Below are positions 1 to 11,235 of a stretch of DNA of 64,000 nt, piece after piece (the first letter of the stretch is position 1; each line of letters opens with the position of its first letter). The position numbers and the translations under genes are program-made. The notes below the pieces were generated by a model, which was given only the letters and a program-made list of their open reading frames with translations, was not told the origin of the DNA and ran no database searches. Source of the DNA: Takakia lepidozioides (Eukaryota > Plantae > Bryophyta); the NCBI GenBank assembly GCA_030704615.1, contig CM060732.1, positions 48,298,001-48,362,000 on the forward strand. Reading direction: 5' to 3'.

Positions 1-767
1 CCACGTCCTGCCATGTCCGACGCAGCACTTGCATCCCTGTCTCTGCCAGGTGGAGGCAACATATATTAAAATATCTATTCCCCCAAGGCCACATTTTGTT
101 TACCTCTTTTTGTGAAAACCACGTCAGCAAATGTGCTGCCGAATCACAGGTGCAATGAATGCATAGTGGTTCATGGAGTCGTTGAGTCGACTACATATTC
201 ACTTTAATGAATAAATATCTTTATTCCATTAATCGAATGAGGAATGAAAATTTGTAGTCGCGTGTGCAGTAATTACAACCACTTGTAATTTTGGTTTTTT
301 CAAATTTTATGTATTTACGCAATTCGTGAAATAGCCCGGAATTATGCTACGACTCCGGAGTCGTTGACCCCACTTCCGTTCGCCGTCCGAAATGCCCTCC
401 ATGGGCCCACATTGTCTGTTCCGACTCTCCAATAGTCCTAAGTGGTTCCCGGAGTGGTGGCGGATATGCAGTCGATTCGCTTCTAGTGTCGTTTGTTCGA
501 AAGACGTCAAGAAAAACGATCTGGATGGTCGACAACGCATCATGCCGCTGCTACTACGACACCAAACACAACGATCCATCAGACATCCGATAGTGATCCT
601 ATGCAGATTGATGCTATCAAGCCATTGACGCCACAAGAAAAACAAAGATGGCGCTCGAATGGATTATGCCTCTATTGCGGAGAAGAAGATCACATAGCAT
701 TAAACTGCCCCAATAAGAGAAGATTCAAAGCTCGGGGCGCAATTCAAGTGTTCGATACGAGGACGTC

Positions 768-825
768 GGAAAACGAAGATGTCCAGTCACAGTAGGGACC
801 ATGCGGCTGGACACCACAAATCCCT
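768..825 (+). promoter_or_regulatory. Putative programmed -1 ribosomal frameshift signal (slippery site plus pseudoknot) at the gag-pol junction
   Basis: GGAAAAC at 768-774, a 6-nt spacer, then stem GTCCAGTCACA / TGCGGCTGGAC. Loop AGGGA is complementary to TCCCT at 821-825. The protease frame is -1 relative to gag. Confidence 0.6.
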
Positions 826-3800
826 TAAAAAAAAAAAGGTCTCTTTCTACCTCTTGACATGCACCTTGCTTCACAGTTCCAGTAAAAATCAAAGTGCAAA
901 ATCGAGATATCTCTGTAGAAGCACTTTTGGACTCATGGGCTTCAACATGTTTTATTGACAAAAACTTTGCGAAACAACACAATTTAACGCTCGTAAAGAA
1001 CAAACTCTCGGCCCCCGTTGAAGTCATCAATGGACGACCGTTAGCATCAGGAAATGTTGACCATGAAACTCGACCACTTGAAGTGAAGCTTGAAGATCAA
1101 GCATCACATATTGTTTTCAACGTCATCTAGTCTCCAACGAATCTTGTAATCCTTGGACTTCCCTGGTTCGTACTTCACAATCCTAACATCGACTAGCAAT
1201 CGCGAAATTTTTTTGCAAGACAAAAATGTAGAAATATCAAAAGTATTCAACTGATGTTCCTTGGAGTTAGAGCTTTCATGAGAGCTACCAAAAAAGATGC
1301 GACATTTGCACTTTATGCGACTCCGATCAAGACCACAACAGACAAAAGTACTACAACAGTACCCACTCAATATCAAGATTTCAAGGATGTCTTCGAGAAG
1401 AAAAATGCAGACATATTGCCAGAACATCGACCTTATGACTGTGCAATTGAATTACAAGAAGGAGCCCAACCACCATTCGGCCCAATCTATAACTTATCCC
1501 AAACGAAGTTGGCTGCGTTACGTGAGTACATTGATGAAAATTTGTGGAAGAACTTCATCCGACATTAAAAAATCACCTGCGGGGGCGCCTATCTTGTTTG
1601 TGAAAAAGAATGACGGATCATTACGCATGTATGTAGACTATCGTGGTCTCATCAAAGTCACAATTAAGAATTGTTATCTGTTGCCGGTGATTTCTAGGCT
1701 TCTTGACCAGCTGGGACGAGCGAAGATTTTCACGAAAATTGATTTGAGAGGAGCTTATAACCTTGTATGGATAAAAGAAAGAGATGAATGGAAAACAACT
1801 TTTTGAATAAAGTATGGACATTTTGAATACAGTGTTATGCCTTGCGGGCTTACAAATGCTCCAACAATTTTCCAACATATGATGAATGACGTCTTTCGAG
1901 AATTTTTAGATGACGTTGTAGTCATTTATTTGGACGACATTTTGATATTTTCACAGAATGAAGAAGAACATGGTCGCCATGTACGCCTTGTCCTTGATAA
2001 ATTAAGAGAAAGAGGACTATATACCAAGTTGGAAAAATGTCTTTCAATCAATCTGAGGTCGAATTTCTGGGCTACATTATTTCCGACAAAGGCGTCTTTT
2101 TGGATCAGAAGAAAATACAAACCATCATCGAGTGGATAAAACCAACTTTGGTCCGAGATGTACAATGTTTTCTAGGATTTGCAAATTTCTATACAATCTT
2201 CATCAAGGACTACTCCAAAAGTGCTGCACCATTGACACGACTCACAGGGAAGAACAAATTTGTATGGGACGAGAAGGCTGACCAGACTTTTATAACGGCT
2301 CCAATACGGGTATATACAGACCCATATAAACCATTCTTTTTGGAAGCAGATGCATCGGACTTTGCACTTGGCGCTATCCTCTATCAATACGGTACGGATG
2401 GCCGACTTCACCCTGTTGGTTTTCGTTCTCGCAAATTTTTCGCTGTAGAGATCAATTATGAAATCCATGTCAAAGAGTTCTAGCCATCATCGATGCTTTT
2501 GAGGAGTGACATTATCTATTGGAGGGAGCTAAACATTAGGTCACTGTCTACACCGATCACAAAAACCTCGAATATTTTATGAGTGCTCGTGTTTTGAATC
2601 GACGTCAATCAATATGAGGTATGTCACTAACAAGGTTTGATTTTGTTATTACCTATCGCCCCAGACATCTTCAAGGGAAATCCGATGCTCTTTCTCGACG
2701 ATCGTATCTTGCGCCGAAAAAAAGAGAAGCAGCTTTCGACCAACAGAAATCCATCATCTTGAAATCAGCAAATCTTCAATTGAATATGCTCTTCATGTCT
2801 ACCTATGACGATGCAGAGATCATAAAGGAGATTCAGGAAGCACTGAAGAACGACCAATTTGCTACGACATTACGAAATCAACTAAATCGACCTCGAGACA
2901 ACCCACATGTTACAAATGACTTCGAATTCAAAGATGGCTTACTTTATTTCAAGGGACTTCTCTATGTACCTCCAGGACCTACACGACTTTGAATTCTTCA
3001 AACATGTCACGATCTTTCGGCTGCAGGACATTTCGACTTCAACAAAACAATGGAATTGATATCCAGGGACTATTGGTGGCCGCAGATGTAGAAACTCGTG
3101 AAAGACTTTATAAAATCTTGCGACACGTGTGCTAGAGCGAAGGGACCATGACATCAACCTTACGGCCTTCTTCAACCATTACCCATTCCCAAGGGTCCAT
3201 GGTCATCCGTGTCTATGGACTTTATTATGGACATTCCAATTTCGAAGACCACCGATTCAATCCTTGTTATTGTAGATCGTTTTACGAAGATGACACATTT
3301 CATTTCATGTAATAAGACGGTTACTGGCGAGAAAACTGCAAGACTCTTCCTCGATAATATCAACCGCATTCATGGACTCCCGAAGGACATCGTATCTGAT
3401 CGAGGACCACAGTTCATATCAAATTTCTGGAGGGGGTTATTTCACATATTGAATACTAAGATCCACCTCTCTATAGCTAATCATCCACAGACTGATGGTC
3501 AAACCGAACGCGTAAACTAGATTTTGGAGCAGTATCTTCGCTGTACGATAAATTATCACCAAGATAATTGGACGGACCTTCTGTCATTGGCTGAGTTTGC
3601 CTACAACAACACTATACATTCTTCGACCAAGCAAACTCCATTTTTCTCCAATTATGGTCATCATCCTCGAGCAAACCCTTTCCACATGAAGACTGTTGGA
3701 AGCCCTGCTGCAGAAAACCTTGCTACTCATCTTGCTATGATTCACAAGGAGCTTACATTCCACCTCGCAGAAGCTCAAAAATAATATAAGGAGTATGCAG

Positions 3801-4290
3801 ATCAATATCGCCAACTCCAACCCCAGTTCAAAGGTCGGGGATCGTGTGTGGTTTCTTCGACGTGACATACAAACCTCGCGACCATCAAAGAAGTTGGATT
3901 ATCAACGCCTGGGACCATTCAAAATTATTCGACAGATAAATCCGGCCAGTTTTCGGCTTGAACTCCCACGAAGTATGCGCATCTATCCAGTTTTTCATGT
4001 TTCATTATTGAAGTTGTATCATCCATCAAATATTCCAGAGAGAGTCTCCGTACTACCTCCACCAATCGAGGTCAATCAGGAAATCGAGTATGAAGTCGAC
4101 GAAGTCTTAGACTCTCGCATCAAGTATAAACGTCTTGAGTATTTCGTACATTGGAAAGGCTACGACATCAGCGAACGAACGTGAGAACCTTCATTCAACC
4201 TCGCCAATGCATCTGACAAAGTCCAAGAGTTTCATCAACGATAACCATCTAAGCCCCGAGCTACATGTCAATAAGACGTCACAATGATGA

Positions 4291-5020
4291 TGTCAGTCAA
4301 GTTAGCTTCAAGACGAAGACTCCACATTCAGTGTACTTGATACACGCTAAGGAGGGAGGGACATCACACTTCAGTATATATAGCTACATTTCCAGCACTC
4401 TTGCATCTTGTATTGGCAGCATAGAGTCATAGGAACCAGATACATTGGAGTTGTCGCTTACCCAACTATCAGATCAGCCATTCCGACTCTCACGACCTTC
4501 AACATCACGTCGATGCTCTCGAGACGATGGGCCACCAATAGAAATTGCTCATGAAGCTTCCTTTGGAAGAAACTTCTCCTTCAAGATACCTCCTTTGTTT
4601 AAGAAAACTTCTCCATCAAGAAACTTTTGCTTAACCTTGGAAACTTCTCCATAAAAAAACCCCCATTGGGGAAGCTTCTTAGGGAACTTCCTAGTAGCCA
4701 ATATATATATATATAGGAGGCGAGACTGGACACTCTTCAGTCTCGCCAACACAAGTTTAAGCTACTCTTGTTTCCAGTCCTAGTACTCCAGTTCAGCTTC
4801 CAGTACTCTAGCCCAGTTTCCAGTATCTGGCACTCTAGCCCAGTTTCTAGCATTCCGGTATTCAAGTCGCGTTCCAGTATCTTGTATTCTTGTTATAAAG
4901 ATCATTTTGATTCATGTTTATCCATCATGCATTCGGCCACGCCGATCTTGATTTCTTGTCTAGTCTTGTACCTCTAGTCTGATCTCTTGTTTGTGTTCAG
5001 TCATGTTCTCGTCCCTGACA
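4291..5020 (+). repeat. Probable 3' LTR of the gypsy element
   Basis: Begins TGTCAG (4291) and ends CTGACA (5020), follows the chromodomain, and contains a TA-run/TATA at ~4702-4714 plus short internal repeats. No second LTR is in the window and no clear PPT precedes 4291, so the left boundary is uncertain. Confidence 0.6.
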
Positions 5021-5778
5021 GTGAGAGGTCCATATGTCAGAGTTAAAAACTTTGGCATTCATCAAAAGTCAGATAAATGCTTTTGAGAAATGTGACATGT
5101 CTGTTGTATTACGTGTTGAGTCCACTATAGAAGTGAAAATGTATTATAGCATTTCAACCCAATCTGATTCCCAAGTTTTTTCACACTGATACAATCAAAG
5201 AATATTGTGCTCGAACCCATGAGACTTGGGCATGCGCTACATTGGCAGTTGTGGTGATTGCAATCAGAGGTGAGTATAATCACTACAGGGAATTACAAGT
5301 TGCAGTTGTGCTGATTGCAATCAGAGAAAATACTCAACATGACCATAACATTGTCGCCCTTGTACCAAAGTTCCGCTTGGAATATAATCAAATTGTACAA
5401 GCCTATCCTATCATGGTGGGAATTGTATGATGATTTTGTTCAAAATATTACATGTAGCAACATGAGAGATTGACACTTGAGAACTGAGTAGTTCACTATT
5501 ATTTGTCGGTTGTGGATGAACTCGAATAAATCTTCAAGTTGTACATGGAAGCTTCCACTCTCCGCAAATGTCCCATCGCGAGGTACTTATTTATATTTAC
5601 AATCATTTTATTTATTTATTTATTGTTTATAATCACTGGTTTAAACATTTGATACTATATAATTTATTTTAATTTGGTATAAAAATAATTGTACAACTTA
5701 TTGATCATATATATTATATATATACATAATATTAGAAATTGAAAATAACTAACTTGTTTATACCATATCATTTTCAGG

Positions 5779-6323
5779 TTACAAGGGTGCTTTCAATTTT
5801 GAATCCATCTGCTCCACCCTACAAGCGAGTTTGTGTCGACTGTCGACTCACAGACTTCATTCAACGAGAAGATGGTTAGTTTCATTGCAACGTCTGTCAC
5901 ACAAACAAGCAATTGGTGAACCACGCATGTATTCAAGCAAAACTCAATGATAGGACTGAAACCATCATTACATATTTGCAGGGGCAATGGCTGGAAGCTA
6001 TTGTTCCCATGACTGAACCTGAATTTTTGGCTTGCAGCAAGCACAAACATATTGGCCTTCTATCCAAACTCAGTTTACAAAGTAAATTTATGTTATCGCT
6101 CACCTCTTACCTTGTTGGCTTTGAAGAGCACAATCTAGGTTTAGAAACTGTACAGACAATTTCTGACATACCCTCATTTGTTCTATCAACATCTACATTG
6201 GATTCATCCATCGATTCACCACACTTGTTTCCAGAAGTTGAAAGTTCACCCATATCTTTGGGTACTCGAGTCTCGACTAGTCCCTCAGATAATTTTTTTT
6301 TCACGCACTCAACCTCTTACTGA
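5779..6323 (+). pseudogene. RPA70 C-terminal OB-fold/zinc-ribbon-like exon, probably a TE (Helitron/CACTA-type) accessory gene remnant
   Basis: After the acceptor ttttcag the frame reads PYKRVCVDCRL..(stop)FHCNVCHT..ACIQAKLNDRTETIITYLQGQWLEAIV. This matches the CxxC...CxxC plus 'i.D.t' pattern of Rep_fac-A_C. It is preceded by an AT-rich GT..AG intron (5583-5778). Confidence 0.5.
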
Positions 6324-7810
6324 GCCTCTTTTGAAACATGAACCTTTTCGTCATCAGGAAGACAAACCAAAACGACGACTATTTGTCGATGATGACAATC
6401 TCCTTTCAAAAACTAACAAACCTAACTAGTTAGATAGTTTTTGTTCTCTATATATACATATTCTATATATTATACGTTTTATTTTAGGTCTGTATTTTGA
6501 ATTTAAAACTTGTAGGTTTACTTACATTTAAACAGTATGTATTTTGTTTCATGTAACTTGAGTTTGCAGTTGTCATTGCGGTCTACAAATCTCGGTTTAT
6601 TTTTCAAAAACAGTTTTACAACGGTCTTCAAAACAGTCTCAATACATGTTTTTCTCAGTGTTACAGTATTAAATCCAGTCTCCAAAGTGGTCTTCAAAAC
6701 AGTTTCAAACAGATGTTTTTATGAGTGTTATAGTGATAAACACAATCATTAAATTAGTTTCTAAAAGATTTTGAAATGGATTCAACATATTATATGTAAT
6801 ACAAAATATAATGTATAAAGTACTTCCATAAATAACAGTTAGCAGAGTATCTGAATTACAGTACCACAAGTGCCCATTTATTATATGATATACAAATAAT
6901 TTATGGAAATAAATATTAATAATTTTTTAGTTCAACATAAATAACAAATTGCTCAATGATTTATATTTCCATGTCCATCATTATCATCTATTGAATCAAT
7001 ATTACTTTTGCTACCTAAAACAATTGAAGCAGACATATTTATCAATGCTTGTATTACATACTTTAGAACAATTATTTCTTCTCTTTCACTAGAGCTTCAA
7101 ACAGATTTAAAGCAATTTTTTACAATTGTACAAGCATAACTGAAATTGAAATATATTTACAAGAAATACAGAACTTATATTAGATACCCGTTTTTTAGTA
7201 TGTGTTTCATATTACTTAAATCGTCATATTAAAGTTTTGTCAAGGACTAGGCATGCCACATCACTTGACTTTGGAAAACATTTTACTTAATCACTTCCTA
7301 TACATACTTCATCACTTCATATATCCTGGTTTAAACCATTATTAACACATAGATTCCAATGGATAACTTAAATGATGAATTATATGAACTTATTAGATCA
7401 CATCCTAAAGATATTGCTTCCGTGTTTTTATTAAAACATCAATTGTTGGGTTTAACAAAACTACAAGTAACTAGACACATAAATTACATACAAAAAAAAC
7501 AAATGGATGAATCTTTCCAAAATACATCTTCCACATAAAATGTGGCGGTATCACACTTAAACACACACTCAAAATATTCCTATTTTTGTATCAACACAAA
7601 TATCATCCCCTTTCACTTAACCTGACAGAGCCTCACGCGGTTTTCAGCTTGTTCTATGAGCTTTCATGAAAAGAGAACCACCTTATTTCTTTCTTCCCGT
7701 TAGTAGGATCTCAGGGCTGGCCTTCATAATGCTCTTTTCATAATTACACAAAGTAAGAGTTGCTCTAAACTACCATACAGGTTCTTTATCCAGTTTCTGT
7801 GACTGTCTTC

Positions 7811-9297
7811 CTAGGTTAGAACGTTCAGCCATCTCCACATTGCCATGGATTCTGCAGGCACCAAGCAAGGCCTTCCACACCATAACATTCTGGATTCATT
7901 GGCATTCTTATTAATCAGGTCCATTGCCTCATCCAGTTGCCCGCACGTCCAAGAAGGTCCACCATGCAGCCAAAGTGCTTTACAGTCGGAGTGACACCAT
8001 GATCTTGACTCAGAGAATCCCAGTAGCATCTTCCTTCATCCAGTAGGCCAGTGTGGCTGCATGCAGAGAGAACACATATAAAGGTGATACTGTCCGGCTT
8101 CAAACCGTTCTTTTGCATTCCTTCAAATAGTTGCAGGACCTCCCTATGACAACCATGCTGGGCATATCCTGCAATCATCGTGTTCCACGACACCACATTT
8201 CGTTCAGCCATATTGTCAAATACTCCCTTTGCATCCTCAATGCACCCACATTTCGCATACAAGTCCACCAGGGCAGTGTCCAGAATGACAATTGGTACAA
8301 TTCCAGCTTTGATGATGTCACCATGCACCTCTTTGCCCTTTTCCAGGGCTGCCAGGCTTGCACAAGCATTGCAAACGCACACAAACGTGATGTTGTTGCG
8401 CTTCACCCCTTTCCCCATCATTTGCTCATAGGTCTCCAAGGCCTCCATCCCGCGCCCCTGCTCTGCACATCCTGCAAGCATGGCGTTCCATGACATCAAA
8501 TCTCGTTCAGCCATATTGTTGAACACTCCCTCCGCATCTTCGATGCATGTCCACGAGGGTATTGTTCAGAATCACATCTGGTACAATTCCAGATTTGATG
8601 ATGCAACCATGGACCTCTTTGCCCTTTTCCAGGTTGAACACTCCCACCGCATCCTCAATGCTCCCCACATTTGGCATACATGTCCACGAGGTGTTCAGAA
8701 TCACATCTGGTACAATTCCAGATTTGATGATGCAACCATGGACCTCTTTGCCCTTTTTCCAGGGCTGCCAGGCTTGCACACGCACTGCAGACGCATACAG
8801 ACGTTATGTGGTCGGGCTTCACCCCTTCCCCCACCATTTGCTCATAGGTCTCCCAAGCCTTCATCCCGCGCCCCTGCTGTGCACATCCTGCAAGCATCGC
8901 GTTCCATGACACCACATCTCGTTCAGCCATAGTGTTGAACACTTCACCGCATCCTCAATGCTCCCCAGATTTGGCATACATGTCCACGAGGGTATTGTTC
9001 AGAATCACATCTGGTACAATTCCAGCTTTGGTGATGCAACTATGCACCTCTTTGCCCTTTTTCCAGGGCTGCCAGGGTTGCACACGCACTGCAAACGCAC
9101 ACAAACGTGATGTGGTCGGGATTCACCCCTTCCCCCTTCATTTGCTCATAGGTCTCCAAAGCCTCCATCCCACGCCCCTGATGTGCATACCCTGCAAGCA
9201 TTGCGTTCCACGACACTACATCTCGTTTAGCCATAGTGTTGAACACTCCTTTCGCATCCTCAATGCTCCCACATTTGGCATACGTCCACCAGAGCAT
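7811..9297 (-). pseudogene. PLS-class pentatricopeptide repeat (PPR) gene, frameshifted, with truncated E1 end
   Basis: Repeated P-L-S triplets (DVVSWNAMLAGCAQQG, PDHITFVCVCSACASLAALEKGKEVH, LVDMYAKCGSIEDA) are followed by P2-L2-S2 (SACSHTGLLDEG, HFGCMVDLLGRAG) and E1 (WKALLGACRIHGNVEMAE). Several frameshifts and internal deletions are present. Confidence 0.9.
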
Positions 9298-9469
9298 TGT
9301 TCAGCGTTCCCTGCTCCTTCAGCTATCCATGCCTCTGCACAAAATCATGCATACATCCTTGCCTTGCTGCTAGCAGCTGACAAATGATAGCCTAGATTTT
9401 TCTAGGAAACACCCAACTCAACTTATCACACTAGTTCCTATGCTCAATTGCATCTGCTACTCTCTGAAA

Positions 9470-11026
9470 TCTAACAGGCATTCACCTTTTTGCCTCGATT
9501 GTCCCACCATGGACTGGGGTCAGAAAAGTATTCATTCCACAGCTTCTCTTCGTCTCTATTACCTGCTTCTGAATACTTTCCTCTTGTCACATTGGCAGCC
9601 TTCATATCAAAGTCACTCCAAACTATCAAAGATTCACTCAACCAGCTAACTTTAAGAATTCAACATGAAAATTTAGGGCCGATTCTGATAAGAGGGAAAA
9701 ACAGGGTGAATGTGTTGAAGAAGGTGCCTTGATTAGCAGTGCCTGATTTTATCAATTGTGCTGCTGCTGCTGCGGCTTCCAGTTGACCATCTACCCATGC
9801 AGGTTTCTTGTAGCTATCCTTCCACAGTGACTCATAGGTAATCTGGAGATTGAAATCCGGCCCTCTTGGATGAATCTGGACCCACACTCTATCCCTGCTC
9901 CTTCAGCTATCCATGCCTCTGCACAAATCATGCATACATCCTTGCCTTGCTGCTAGCAGCTGCCAATGACAGCCTAGAACTGTTCCAGCAAACACCCCAA
10001 CCCTACTTATCACACTAGTTTCTATGCTGACTTGCGTATACTTCCAACAGGCATTCACCTTTTTGCCTCGGTTTTTCCACCATTGACTAGGGTCGGAAAC
10101 GTATTCATTCCAGAGCTTCTCCTCGTCTCTGTTATCTGTTTTTCGATACTTTCCTGTTGCCACATTGGCCGTAACATGTCAAAATCACTCCAAAACCACC
10201 ATAGATCCACCAACGAGCTAACTTGCAGAGGGTCAAAACTTTGACAGATACCTTTAGGAGGAGTGCTAGTGTAGCTTTCGAGGGTCCATCTGAAGCAATA
10301 CATGAGGAACTTACCACAATCCAAAACTGAAGGTGCTAAACTAGCTTGGGCATGCCAGGGCTACCATCTAATCAGGCTCATTACAAAGTCATACTCACTT
10401 TCATCTCCCACCCTCAAAGGAGCTCCCCAATCCAGACCAGAATGACAACCACATTCTGATCTCTCTCCACGAGAAGCGAACTGTTGTTGACCGTGTGAAG
10501 GCAATTAGCTTTTCTTCCACCCACGGAGAATTCAACCAACTCTCGCTGGTTGAACTGTTTCCGTCTATAGTCTGCATATTTTGGAGTTTTTGTTTGCGTT
10601 TGCAATGAGTGTGCGAGCCTGGCAGCCCTGGAGAAAACCACCAGGATAGAGCTGAGCAGCCACAGTTCTAACCACAGCTTTGTAAGACTAAACCTAACCA
10701 CAGCTTTGTGAAACTAAACGGAACAACCCGCCCGCTCAAGTATCTTGCAAGTTTCAGGGAAAGATGCTACTTTAATGCCATGCTTGGGAAGAAAACACTG
10801 CAATACCTACCCACAGGAAGAGCCGTTTTTGCAAGACGAAGGGAGACTGTAACTCAACGCAACGAATAGGGGTACATTCCACCAACCCACAAAAATATGT
10901 TGCTCCAAAGTCAGTCCCTCCTTGACAGACTCCTTCGCATCGTACATGAAGAAAACGCACCTTGTTAGCGCTATAGTCCAGCCATTGTGAAGGATCTTTA
11001 AAGAACTCCTGCCAGTGCTGTCCCAT
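9470..11026 (-). pseudogene. OSB (organellar ssDNA-binding)-type PDF-motif repeats, spliced, lying upstream of the PPR motifs
   Basis: Segments read WQEFFKDPSQWLDYSANK (11026-~10960) / KTPKYADYRRK, then LWNEYVSDPSQWWKNRGKK|gt (~10120-10058) joined to IHPRGPDF..ESLWKDSYKKPAWV (~9875-9790). A third copy reads LWNEYFSDP..WWDNRGKK (~9550-9485). Confidence 0.7.
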
Positions 11027-11143
11027 GCTCCAGCGCTGATCTACGTGCCGGACATACCAAAAACTTCAAGAGGGCAAGAGCGTCGATTATAGCGTAGAGG
11101 AGATCTGATTGCGTTGTCATAACTTGCACATTCTACCATAGTC

Positions 11144-11235
11144 TGAAGAGTGAAAATGTGGTCAAGAGTGGATCTGTTGCGACATAGCAGGATCTGTCGC
11201 AACAGATCCACTCTTGACCACATTTTCACTCTTCA
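11144..11235. repeat. Perfect 41-bp inverted repeat with 10-nt loop, derived from a LINE RT fragment
   Basis: Arms 11144-11184 and 11195-11235 are exact reverse complements. The arm translates as RNRSTLDHIFTL. Confidence 0.9.

Larger units (their letters stand above)
487..5020 (+). mobile_element. Degenerate Ty3/gypsy chromovirus (Tcn1/sushi-like) LTR retrotransposon, 5' part missing or interrupted
   Basis: Domains occur in order: gag zinc knuckle CLYCGEEDHIALNC (493-795), protease ALLDSWAS (894-1130), RT ([19 protein letters not shown]; ~1450-2140), RNase H (LEADASDFALGA; ~2300-2700), integrase (SMDFI, SDRGPQF, HPQTDGQTERVN; ~2950-3780) and chromodomain (EYEVDEVLDSR..YFVHWKGY; ~4080-4240). 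Many in-frame stops and frameshifts are present. Confidence 0.95.
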
